From positions 64,001 to 128,000 of IMG/VR virus record IMGVR_UViG_3300034103_001442: a stretch of DNA of 64,000 nucleotides. The stretch is one strand, 5' to 3'. Below the pieces are notes generated by a model. It did not search any database. It worked only from the letters and a program-made list of their open reading frames with translations, and was not told the DNA's origin. Every line of letters begins with the position of its first letter. Position 1 is the first letter of the stretch. A program made the translations under genes and the position numbers. This stretch comes from a virus. This document shows, piece by piece, positions 52,880 through 61,366 of the stretch.

Positions 52880-53277
52880 GGGGTCTTTTTTCTACCGATG
52901 TTGTACTTGGTTACCAGTTCCCAGTCATTTTTCTCTTTGTACGGAAGGATCTTCACCTGACTCAATGGGACAACTGGTTCAGCAGTTTTGCTGGCATCAA
53001 CAATCTTAACCAAACCCCACTCTTGGAGTAGGTTGGCAATCGTGTTTCGACGACCTTGATCTGACTCAGAAAACTCTGTTGGCTTACCATCAAGCGCAAA
53101 CAACTCTTTGAAATGAACGATGTAATACTTGCCTTGCTTATGAAGGATGTGGCAAGATTGATAGAGTGTTTTTTCTTTTCTTGAGGCAACACCGATGCGT
53201 GTCAAAGTTTCACGGACTTTCAAGAAGTCATCTTCTGTCTTAAGTATGACCTCTACTAGTGATTCTACTGAACTCAT
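52876..53277 (-). CDS. regA: translational repressor RegA
   Basis: DDFLKVRETLTRIG, LYQSCHILHKQG.YYIVHFKELF.LDG. Confidence 0.97.
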   Translation of the reverse strand: MSSVESLVEVILKTEDDFLKVRETLTRIGVASRKEKTLYQSCHILHKQGKYYIVHFKELFALDGKPTEFSESDQGRRNTIANLLQEWGLVKIVDASKTAEPVVPLSQVKILPYKEKNDWELVTKYNIGRKKTP

Positions 53278-53279
53278 TT

Positions 53280-53669
53280 TTATCCACCTTTGTCAAATTC
53301 TTTTAATTGTTGTAGTTGTTCAGGTGATAGAATTTGAATAGCAGATCTTGCCTTCTTCATGTTGTAACCATAACATCTGGCGACCGCTTCCAAATCACTG
53401 TCTTCCTTCTTCTTCGCCCATTTGCTATATCGCTTCTTGGGTCTAACAATATTTATTAAATACTGATACTGAAGTTTGTTATCCAAGTGATGGTTACCAT
53501 TCATCACGTTAGCATACTGAATTGTATCGGGGAAGTAAGACAAAGCACTGTTGATAAGCCACGCATTGTATGACTTTTCCGCAAGTTGATCGTTCTCAGT
53601 GCCTCGCATCAAATCTTTTTTACTAAAGTTGATGGAGTCTACAAAATCAAATGGATTCATCTTTGCCAT
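53280..53669 (-). CDS. gp62: clamp loader small subunit gp62
   Basis: N.ALSYFPDT..AN.MN..LQY..KRYSKWAK; position before regA. Confidence 0.9.
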   Translation of the reverse strand: MAKMNPFDFVDSINFSKKDLMRGTENDQLAEKSYNAWLINSALSYFPDTIQYANVMNGNHHLDNKLQYQYLINIVRPKKRYSKWAKKKEDSDLEAVARCYGYNMKKARSAIQILSPEQLQQLKEFDKGG

Positions 53670-53844
53670 TTTTGTTCCTCAAAACTTCAGCAGACTTGTC
53701 GAAAAATTCAGCGCAAGGCTCACAAATTTCCAACTCAATCAAACCTTCTTGAACCTGCATTCGCAAAATAGAAAACTCTTCATTTGGTTTCTTTTTTGCA
53801 TAACACATTTTGCATTTGCCTTTAGTGAGTATGTCAAAAATCAT
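53647..53844 (-). CDS. small Zn-binding hypothetical protein
   Basis: CKMC...ICEPC. Confidence 0.55.
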   Translation of the reverse strand: MIFDILTKGKCKMCYAKKKPNEEFSILRMQVQEGLIELEICEPCAEFFDKSAEVLRNKNGKDESI

Positions 53845-54773
53845 TTGAACTCACACTCAACCATGATCTCAGTCAAGCAAGCCATCAAGTTGATATCGGG
53901 ATTTGCAACAAATGCATTTTGATACTGATAGCGAGCAATGATAAGAACAAGTTGAGGGATGCTCTTTTTGTCTACATACTCTTCACACTTGTCAAACAAG
54001 TTACGGAAAAATTCATTTGGCTCAAAGTCAGCCTCGCCAATCCACTTGCGTAAGTTGGTATAGTCTTTTTCTTTGAGGTATCCAACGAGTTTGGTAAGGT
54101 TGACATCCCGCATATTTGAAAGGATGCCAGTGTCGATTTTACCAGTTGCTGAATAGCGTTGAAGTTCATTCAAAACTCTACGCCAATCAGGAAAATGCTT
54201 CTTGATTACCTCCGCAACAACTGCCTTTTCATATGGAACACTCTCAGCGTTGAGGATGTCCATCACACGCTTCATGAACTGCTTGGCGAGTTCAGCCATA
54301 TCACCCTTGTTGATTTTAAACTCAATGACCGAGCACCGTGACTTCAGTGGGTCAATGATTTTGTCTTTAAAATTACAAGTGAGGATAAAACCACAGTTCT
54401 TTGAAAACTCCTCCATAAAATTACGGAGGGCTGGCTGGGTGTTGTTAGTTAGGTAGTCAGCCTCATCAAGGATGACATACTTGCGTCCACCACGGAGAGA
54501 AACTGATGAGGCAAACCTACTGATTTCATTACGCAATGTATCAATGTTACCATTTAACGAACCGTTGATCACGATGTAATCGCAATCAAGCATTTCACAC
54601 ATTGCTTTAGCAACAGTAGTTTTACCTACACCAGCCCCACCAGAGAGAAGTAAGTTTGGGATATTTTTTTGATCGACAAATTGCTGGAAAGTTACCTTGA
54701 GTTGTTCAGGTAAAATTGTATCAGCGATGGTCTTGGGGCGGTATTTTTCAACCCACAAAAAGTCAGTAAGCAT
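53841..54773 (-). CDS. gp44: clamp loader large subunit gp44
   Basis: LWVEKYRP, GAGVGKTT, LDEADY, SRC. Confidence 0.96.
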   Translation of the reverse strand: MLTDFLWVEKYRPKTIADTILPEQLKVTFQQFVDQKNIPNLLLSGGAGVGKTTVAKAMCEMLDCDYIVINGSLNGNIDTLRNEISRFASSVSLRGGRKYVILDEADYLTNNTQPALRNFMEEFSKNCGFILTCNFKDKIIDPLKSRCSVIEFKINKGDMAELAKQFMKRVMDILNAESVPYEKAVVAEVIKKHFPDWRRVLNELQRYSATGKIDTGILSNMRDVNLTKLVGYLKEKDYTNLRKWIGEADFEPNEFFRNLFDKCEEYVDKKSIPQLVLIIARYQYQNAFVANPDINLMACLTEIMVECEFK

Positions 54774-54803
54774 TTTTCACCTCTATCATTATAAAATTAA
54801 AAA

Positions 54804-55133
54804 TCACTCAGTTACTATTCTACGCCACTTTCCATTAATCTTTAAATACATTTCACCGTCTGGTCCGACATTCATTCCAACATTAACATCCTTTCTTGTA
54901 CCAGAAACATATCGTGGTTCACGTATGAACATATGGTTTGAAGGCGATGCTGGATCTGGAAGTCTTTGACCATAAGTTTGCTGGAATTGTATATTGGTCA
55001 TGGTTTTGTCAAGTTTCTTTACACACTCTGTTTTTTCAGGATCTGGCAAAACGGCTGCAGCGGCAACAATGCCGCCACCAGCCACGCCACCAGCAAGACC
55101 AAGATATTTGAAGAAATTACGTCTTGTTGTCAT
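54804..55133 (-). CDS. protein with twin-arginine (Tat) signal
   Basis: MTTRRNFFKYLGLAGGVAGGG. Confidence 0.7.
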   Translation of the reverse strand: MTTRRNFFKYLGLAGGVAGGGIVAAAAVLPDPEKTECVKKLDKTMTNIQFQQTYGQRLPDPASPSNHMFIREPRYVSGTRKDVNVGMNVGPDGEMYLKINGKWRRIVTE

Positions 55134-55290
55134 CGTTTTTTCTCCGCGACCATTCATTGTAACCAACCTCAGCACCCATGGAAATTAGAATACCATAAAT
55201 GCCATAAGATGGTTCTAAATTTAAAAAGAAAGCAACCAGCGTGTAAACAGCAAAACCTAAAATCAGTGCCGCAAAAATAAGATCTTTCAT
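55117..55290 (-). CDS. small membrane protein
   Basis: hand-translated MKDLIFAALILGFAVYTLVAFFL; GAGG RBS. Confidence 0.45.
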   Translation of the reverse strand: MKDLIFAALILGFAVYTLVAFFLNLEPSYGIYGILISMGAEVGYNEWSRRKNDDNKT

Positions 55291-55303
55291 AATTGCCTCA
55301 CAA

Positions 55304-55328
55304 TAAAAGAGGGGGAGTTGCCTCCCCC
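55304..55328 (-). terminator. rho-independent terminator after gp45
   Basis: GGGGGAG-GCAA-CTCCCCC then T-run. Confidence 0.8.
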
Positions 55329-55333
55329 ATCAA

Positions 55334-55993
55334 TTAACCCTGATAAGAGGATGAAGACTCAACAGCAATCCAGTACTCGACTTCCTTACCCTTAAAGTGT
55401 GACAAACCCTTCGATGAAATTGATACATCGTAGTCGCCAGCCATCACCTTGATATTTTCAGCGCGGAACACCATGCGGAAGTTCGCATTGGTTGTACCAA
55501 CTTCAACGTTGAAAACGTCAGCAGTTGTACCCTTGACATCAACCGCCTGAAGATAGATTTTACCATTCTTGCCTGTGACGGCAATCTCAGGCAAACCTAG
55601 CACGCCAAGCGCACGTGTAGCCTTGGTCAACTTGGCTTCTGGCAAATGGAAATTAACTTCAGCATTTGAGAGATTAATTTCCTTTTCAGGTGCAGCAACG
55701 ATCATAGAAGGATCAGTGAAAGTATACTCACACTGCTCTTCGCCATCACCCACAACAACGTGCTTCTCATTAAAGGTCAACTCTGGAGAGTCAAACTGAG
55801 AAACGACACCCAAGAAACGGGAAACGTCATAAATCGCAAACTGCTGGGGGAAGTCTTGATTCAACATTGCCTTTGCCATCACAGTCTTTGACGGTGAAAT
55901 GGTGCGGATAACGTTGCCAGGCTTTACAAGCACTGATTGATTAATGGTTGCAAAATTCTTCAATACACTAACTGTCTTATCATCAAGTTTCAT
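55334..55993 (-). CDS. gp45: sliding clamp gp45
   Basis: LKNFATINQS, FAIYD...FL, GDY.V.ISS, YWIA.E. Confidence 0.95.
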   Translation of the reverse strand: MKLDDKTVSVLKNFATINQSVLVKPGNVIRTISPSKTVMAKAMLNQDFPQQFAIYDVSRFLGVVSQFDSPELTFNEKHVVVGDGEEQCEYTFTDPSMIVAAPEKEINLSNAEVNFHLPEAKLTKATRALGVLGLPEIAVTGKNGKIYLQAVDVKGTTADVFNVEVGTTNANFRMVFRAENIKVMAGDYDVSISSKGLSHFKGKEVEYWIAVESSSSYQG

Positions 55994-56022
55994 AACAATC
56001 TCCTATAACAAACGAGTTATTA

Positions 56023-56051
56023 ACTCTAACGCAAATCACAAATTAAGTCAA
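56023..56051 (-). promoter_or_regulatory. sigma70-like promoter for gp45
   Basis: TTGACT-N17-TAGAGT. Confidence 0.6.
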
Positions 56052-56054
56052 GGG

Positions 56055-56915
56055 TCACTTTTTCTTCTTTAACAAACTAGAATCAGCAGTTGCTGCTGCG
56101 CCAATTTGAGCAAGGTCAATGAGTGAACCGCCGAACACATACATACCAACGTGCTGGAGTTTCATCCATGGGCAAAGCCAAACATGCATTCCAGCCTTGC
56201 GTGACCACTGACAGAACATATAGTCCTCAGACAAGTAGCGATTTGACTCCTCGCAAATTGGGGTGTCGAAAAATGCCATGATCTGACGAGTGCCATCAAA
56301 GTGCTCAGTGCGGATATGATCTGGGCGATACAATTGCTTTGGATATGCTTCCTGGAATTTTTCAAACGTCTTACGGCGAATCATCATGAAGCCAGTTCCC
56401 GCCTCAAGCACTTCAACTGGTTGCCCGAGTGGAATTTCGGTCTGACCGCCAACTGGGTTGAAAACGTAGTCACCAACGTACTTGTCAAGATCTGCTGGGT
56501 CTTTATCAGCAAATCCCTTATCAACTGCAACCTTAATCTTTTCCCAACTAATGCACTTCTTTGGGTATGGACCAGCGATGATGTCATACTTGTTATCAGG
56601 ATCTTCATGATCAGACAACGCAAGAAGCGCAATGACATCGTTGGCATTAAATCCAATATCAGAGTCAATGAACATCAAGTGAGTATCACCACTGCGCATA
56701 AACTCATCAGCGCAATAGTTTCTCGCGCGAGTGATTAGTGACTCATTGAACAAAAAGTAAAACCTTACCTGAATTCCATAGTGTGTACAAAGTGCTGAAA
56801 GGTCAGCAACTGACCTAGCAAACATACCACTACATTGACCGCCATACATTGGAACCGCAAGAAATAACTTACGCTTGCGGAGTTCTTCTACAGACACCTT
56901 AATATCAATTCCCAT
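56055..56915 (-). CDS. GT-A fold glycosyltransferase-like protein
   Basis: PMYGG, NESLITRARN, FIDSDI (DxD), GTGFM, YLSEDY.FC. Confidence 0.75.
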   Translation of the reverse strand: MGIDIKVSVEELRKRKLFLAVPMYGGQCSGMFARSVADLSALCTHYGIQVRFYFLFNESLITRARNYCADEFMRSGDTHLMFIDSDIGFNANDVIALLALSDHEDPDNKYDIIAGPYPKKCISWEKIKVAVDKGFADKDPADLDKYVGDYVFNPVGGQTEIPLGQPVEVLEAGTGFMMIRRKTFEKFQEAYPKQLYRPDHIRTEHFDGTRQIMAFFDTPICEESNRYLSEDYMFCQWSRKAGMHVWLCPWMKLQHVGMYVFGGSLIDLAQIGAAATADSSLLKKKK

Positions 56916-57189
56916 TTTTCATTGCCTCATCGTGAATATAAAGTTGAATAATTGAATAGTGAATAATCTTCAATAAGTCTTTTCGCCACTCTTCAGGTGT
57001 ACCTTTTTTACCATAGCGTTGCGAATACTTTTGAATGTTGCCCATACAAAAACCAGTGCCGTGACCCGAGTCAATAATAAACTCAGTTGCCTGATATTTG
57101 TTTTGTGAGTAGTGTTGGGCGTAGGTGCTATTGACGTACTCTCGAATTTCATCGAGTGTTGCACCCTCATTGTATTTATAATCAGCCAT
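56905..57189 (-). CDS. DUF3310-like small protein
   Basis: TY..HY, GFC.GN..KY..RYGKK..DL.K..HY. Confidence 0.7.
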   Translation of the reverse strand: MADYKYNEGATLDEIREYVNSTYAQHYSQNKYQATEFIIDSGHGTGFCMGNIQKYSQRYGKKGTPEEWRKDLLKIIHYSIIQLYIHDEAMKNGN

Positions 57190-57724
57190 TGACCACCTCT
57201 GTAATATACTTCATAATTTTATCTTGATCCTCAATGCTCTCATTATTGAAACGTTCAGTTACAAACTTCAACTCAAAGTTACCAAGTATGTTACTGATTT
57301 TACTTTCACGACCAGCAAGCCAAGTCTCATTTTGGTTTGACCCACGCTCAGCATAACGAACCTTGCGAGTGTCAGACTTGGTTTGTAGGTAAACCATTTT
57401 GAGGTCAAACTTATTATTGCAATGCTCTAAAAAAGAAGCAGTACAAAGACGATCACCCTCAAAGAAAACAACGGAATCATTTGGCAGTGTGTCAAGAAAC
57501 TTAATAGCCTCTGGCTGAACTGCCATGCTCATTCGGTCTGTTCCAGCAAACACTTCACCCTCTTCATACTTACCAAGGACGTATTTGTTCTCATGCTTAT
57601 GATAGGGAACAAGTTTGAAATCTTCCTTGAGTGTGCCTTTAGCAAAACCGAGTTCACAAAGAACACGACGCATAAGAGTTGACTTGCCACTTCCTGGCTC
57701 GCCAAATATAGCAACAACTTTCAT
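57182..57724 (-). CDS. P-loop nucleotide/DNA kinase of base-modification clusters
   Basis: GEPGSGKS, FAGTDRMSMAVQP, FEGDRL, R...RGS.Q. Confidence 0.75.
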   Translation of the reverse strand: MKVVAIFGEPGSGKSTLMRRVLCELGFAKGTLKEDFKLVPYHKHENKYVLGKYEEGEVFAGTDRMSMAVQPEAIKFLDTLPNDSVVFFEGDRLCTASFLEHCNNKFDLKMVYLQTKSDTRKVRYAERGSNQNETWLAGRESKISNILGNFELKFVTERFNNESIEDQDKIMKYITEVVNG

Positions 57725-57731
57725 ATTCACC

Positions 57732-58802
57732 TCAGTTCAAAAATCTAGTCAGTGAGTTTTCTGCTTCTTGATTGTAGAAGGGCATGTTTTTGATTGATGT
57801 CCAACGTTGTGGTTGCTTGTTGTACCAAGCCTCAACACGAGGAATTCGACCAAAATCTTTTAGACAGTTTACCCAGTCTTTACAGTAGGCGTGATCGGTT
57901 TCAGCCTTGTAGTTTTCATACAGCAGTTCTTGTGGAATGACATGCTGTCTACCCTCTAGGTATTTATTCCAAAGCCAGTCATACTCTGGCCAATCACGCT
58001 TCATTTGCATCGTTTCAGCATACTGTTCATCTATATAGCAGCCGCCATAACGGGAACCTTTATGCTGACGTTTGTAATTACAGCAAGCAGTCTCAAGCGT
58101 GAAAAACCCAGCGCGGATAAATTTTTTATCAGCAATATACTCAGCAGCAGTTCGCTCTAGGTATTCACAGTCTTCATTTGAAATAGTATCACCAGTCAAG
58201 TCGTCTCGACCGATACAAAACGCCCAACCTGACCTATGACTTTTGCCATCAGCAAATTCCATAGTTGGGGGTAGGATAGGGGCATCAATAAACCTAGCAA
58301 TCGCCTCTGAAAAACACCAGTGACCCATTCGCCCCCAGTGATACCAATTGGTCATACATTTTTCTTTGAGGTCATTGTAGTTCTTGTATTTGTCATCGCT
58401 TTGTAGGCATGACTGGATAAAGTTCCCAAGTGTGCCATAGTGCTTCAATGACTCGCCAACTGAATAAAGAAACTTATCAAATACAAGTTTGCGGTACTTA
58501 CAGTCAGGCGAAAACAGGAGTCGTTTTTTGTTCTCAAAGAAAAAGTCAACTAACCCCTGAACATTTGGTGTGATGGTTGAGAAACGATCAGCAAACATTG
58601 ACTCGCATGGACCAGCATAAGTTGCACCATGAAACAAACCAAGGACACAACGTTTCTCAAAGTCAAACCCCATATCATCGGCAATCCATTTTTCAACTGC
58701 GATGTCGGGGGAGCAATCGTTTGTAAGGCAATGAAATTCGTAAAATTTATCAAAACCTACTTTGCGATATTCTATATCGCGGTAGTCAATATCAGATAGC
58801 AT
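57732..58802 (-). CDS. amino acid:DNA transferase-like protein (aGPT-Pplase2 type)
   Basis: D.KYRK, GRMG.W.F.E, DG.SHR.G, FTLET.CC.YK..RY...Y.D. Confidence 0.65.
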   Translation of the reverse strand: MLSDIDYRDIEYRKVGFDKFYEFHCLTNDCSPDIAVEKWIADDMGFDFEKRCVLGLFHGATYAGPCESMFADRFSTITPNVQGLVDFFFENKKRLLFSPDCKYRKLVFDKFLYSVGESLKHYGTLGNFIQSCLQSDDKYKNYNDLKEKCMTNWYHWGRMGHWCFSEAIARFIDAPILPPTMEFADGKSHRSGWAFCIGRDDLTGDTISNEDCEYLERTAAEYIADKKFIRAGFFTLETACCNYKRQHKGSRYGGCYIDEQYAETMQMKRDWPEYDWLWNKYLEGRQHVIPQELLYENYKAETDHAYCKDWVNCLKDFGRIPRVEAWYNKQPQRWTSIKNMPFYNQEAENSLTRFLN

Positions 58803-59454
58803 AGATACATTTTCCATGACGCCAGATTTCTTCCCTTATTTCATAACCAAGGTACTGGCGCTGATTTCTTTTAGCAGCAGCCAGCGTTGTACCAATTCCA
58901 GCAAATGGGTCATATACAACATGACCCTCATCAGTATAATTTAGTATACAGTATTCGGCGATTTCAATCGGTTGACCAACAACTTCGCCATCAATTTTCT
59001 TTTCTTTACCGAATGGTCCCCAAAAATCTTTACCGTAAGTTTGATACAACGAGTCTTTTCGCAGGTTGTACAAACCCTTGACGCCTTCTTTTTGAAAGGT
59101 CAATATATGTAGGATTTGCGAGGAGTAGGCATTGAAACTCTCGCTTTTCTTAGAATATTTTACATCTCTTAGATAATAACCGTTCTCAGAAAAAGAGTCA
59201 ATGACAAATTTAAATTTCGGTAAAATGCGCCCACCATTGCGACGGTCGCCAGTAAATGAAACAGTGGCAGTGCCCAAACGCGGATTCATCATTGGGATAA
59301 TGCCATCCATGAATTTGGTCTTGTAGGTCTCAGGCTTGTTTATATCAACTCCGAAAAACCCAAGGTCTTCATAACAAGGTGGGCTCATGAACAGGTAGTC
59401 ATACTGCTCACTGGCAAACGTATCTAAACAACTACCAAGTTTGTATTCACTCAT
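58792..59454 (-). CDS. beta-class amino-methyltransferase fold protein
   Basis: motif IV-like SPPCY before motif I VYDPFAGIGTT, GYEI. Confidence 0.75.
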   Translation of the reverse strand: MSEYKLGSCLDTFASEQYDYLFMSPPCYEDLGFFGVDINKPETYKTKFMDGIIPMMNPRLGTATVSFTGDRRNGGRILPKFKFVIDSFSENGYYLRDVKYSKKSESFNAYSSQILHILTFQKEGVKGLYNLRKDSLYQTYGKDFWGPFGKEKKIDGEVVGQPIEIAEYCILNYTDEGHVVYDPFAGIGTTLAAAKRNQRQYLGYEIREEIWRHGKCIYAI

Positions 59455-60824
59455 TCAAAAAACGCCTCAAGGCTCGCATTTACACCAACAACGCCATCTT
59501 CATCTTTCATGTTGTGTTTCTTTAAGTAGTCCAACCACTCTTCACTTTCCCACATTCCTGGGCTGATACCATTCCAAAGTGGTCGCCAAAACTTATGATC
59601 CTTGTTTGCACGACGTTCATCAACAAACTTACGACGCAGTGTTTCATACTCCCAAGACTTCAACTCGAGCATTTTCTCGCGGAAGTAACAAACAAGTGAA
59701 ATACGCTCGCTCTTTGGATCATCTGGATTATTCAAAACAATCGGTGTGTTACCATGAATAATCTCATGATTGTTAACAAGGAGCAAGTCTCCAGGACGAA
59801 CGTTGACCGCTACACGGTACTCGGGGAAAATAAGGTAGCCACCAGTATAGTTACCAGTGCCTACAACCAGCAGATTACTCAAACCGTCATTCAAGTCACC
59901 AGCGTCACGGTGGGCAGCAGTACGGAAAGTCTTATTGACCGTGATTGTAGTGAATACAGTTTCAGGGACAAGAAAACGTTTATCAAGTTTATCAGCCGCT
60001 ACTTTTTGGTTTGACCAACGCCATGGCATTAAGTCTTTGAAGCCACGGTTGAGTGATTGTAAGAATGGATAAGAAAGGGCAAACTTGTCAGGGTGTTTTT
60101 CGGTGTATGAAGTCGCACGACCATATGGAATGCGTGGGTAACGATCATACCAACCAGCAACACCAGAATAAACTGACTTGGCATAGTTTGTAACTGAAAT
60201 CCAGTCATTGACTACACGCTCCGCATCAGCACGTTGCTCAGCCGCTGGCTTGTCCAATATTGAATCAACCCACTTATCAAACCAACCGTGATACTCTGGG
60301 TAAACCTTGGTCACCTCAGAGCGTAGCCAAACTTGACCACGTGTATCATCTGGGTTTGCGCGTGGTTTACCCGAGTGACGCTCGCGAATTTTTTCAACTG
60401 ATTCATCTTGAATGAGTTTTGCCGAGTTGTCGAGGAAAAAATCTAGAATTTCTAGTTCGTACTCGGTGACCCAATCGCGACCTTTGCGACCAGCAGTTGT
60501 AAGAAGTTCGCCTCTTGGACCAGCAGCAAGACCTCGGTTTTGACTCTCAGTTGCGGCTTCACGCAATCCATTGTAGGCTTGCTCTTGCTCCTCTTTGGTG
60601 AAAAAGTTTTTACGGAATTTAAAAGCAACAGTGCGTTCATCAGTACCATCAGCACAGTTGTTACAATCTTGATTGCAGTTTTCCTTCGTTGTAATATCAC
60701 AAACGGGAGGCATGAAACAATCAGTGTCTTCCTCGACTAGAATGTCGTAGTGACTTTCATCTAGATAATGACCGAGCAAATGCTCACAGTCAATTTTCTC
60801 TTTTGCTGTGATTACTTTAACCAT
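59451..60824 (-). CDS. TET/JBP-like 2OG-Fe(II) dioxygenase
   Basis: FTTITVN..FRTAAHRDAGD, PGDLLL...H..IHGNT, RISLVCYFR. Confidence 0.8.
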   Translation of the reverse strand: MVKVITAKEKIDCEHLLGHYLDESHYDILVEEDTDCFMPPVCDITTKENCNQDCNNCADGTDERTVAFKFRKNFFTKEEQEQAYNGLREAATESQNRGLAAGPRGELLTTAGRKGRDWVTEYELEILDFFLDNSAKLIQDESVEKIRERHSGKPRANPDDTRGQVWLRSEVTKVYPEYHGWFDKWVDSILDKPAAEQRADAERVVNDWISVTNYAKSVYSGVAGWYDRYPRIPYGRATSYTEKHPDKFALSYPFLQSLNRGFKDLMPWRWSNQKVAADKLDKRFLVPETVFTTITVNKTFRTAAHRDAGDLNDGLSNLLVVGTGNYTGGYLIFPEYRVAVNVRPGDLLLVNNHEIIHGNTPIVLNNPDDPKSERISLVCYFREKMLELKSWEYETLRRKFVDERRANKDHKFWRPLWNGISPGMWESEEWLDYLKKHNMKDEDGVVGVNASLEAFFE

Positions 60825-61366
60825 GATAAAAACTCCCTTGACTTATCTGACAGTTGGCTCATAGGTTTGATGGGGCTGTTCCTATTAAACTTTTTGGCAA
60901 ACTTTTTCGCTTTTTCAAGATGATACTCGCTTGCTCTACTAGTATATAGTAAACCATTTAAATGGTCAAGTTCATGTTGAAAACATCTTGCGGTGATACC
61001 ATCAAACACCTTTGTGACAGTCTCACCGTTGGGGAGCGTATACCTTGTTTTAATTTTCTTTGGTCTTTTGATTTTAACAAACAGACCAGGATTGGACAAG
61101 CAACCCTCTTCCATTAAAATAGTTTCTGATGAATAGTCTACAATCTTAGGATTAAAACAACCAATGACTTCTTCAGCACGCAATACAAACGCACGGTAAG
61201 GTAAACCCACTTGGTTAGCACTCAACCCAAGCCCATGATACTCAATCATAGTCTCAGCAAGGTTGTTATACAACTCAACTGGGTTTGTAGGTGGGTTTGC
61301 AAAATCAAACAACTCCATCTCTTGGCGGAGGATCGGACTGTCACATTCCAACAACTTTAATATCAT
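60812..61366 (-). CDS. def: peptide deformylase
   Basis: GLGLSANQVG, EGCLS, QHELDHL. Confidence 0.95.
   Translation of the reverse strand: MILKLLECDSPILRQEMELFDFANPPTNPVELYNNLAETMIEYHGLGLSANQVGLPYRAFVLRAEEVIGCFNPKIVDYSSETILMEEGCLSNPGLFVKIKRPKKIKTRYTLPNGETVTKVFDGITARCFQHELDHLNGLLYTSRASEYHLEKAKKFAKKFNRNSPIKPMSQLSDKSREFLSWLK

Noticed and set aside
57173-57180. TATAAATA inside the DUF3310-like gene
   Set aside because: falls in coding sequence (YKY); may be incidental, not called
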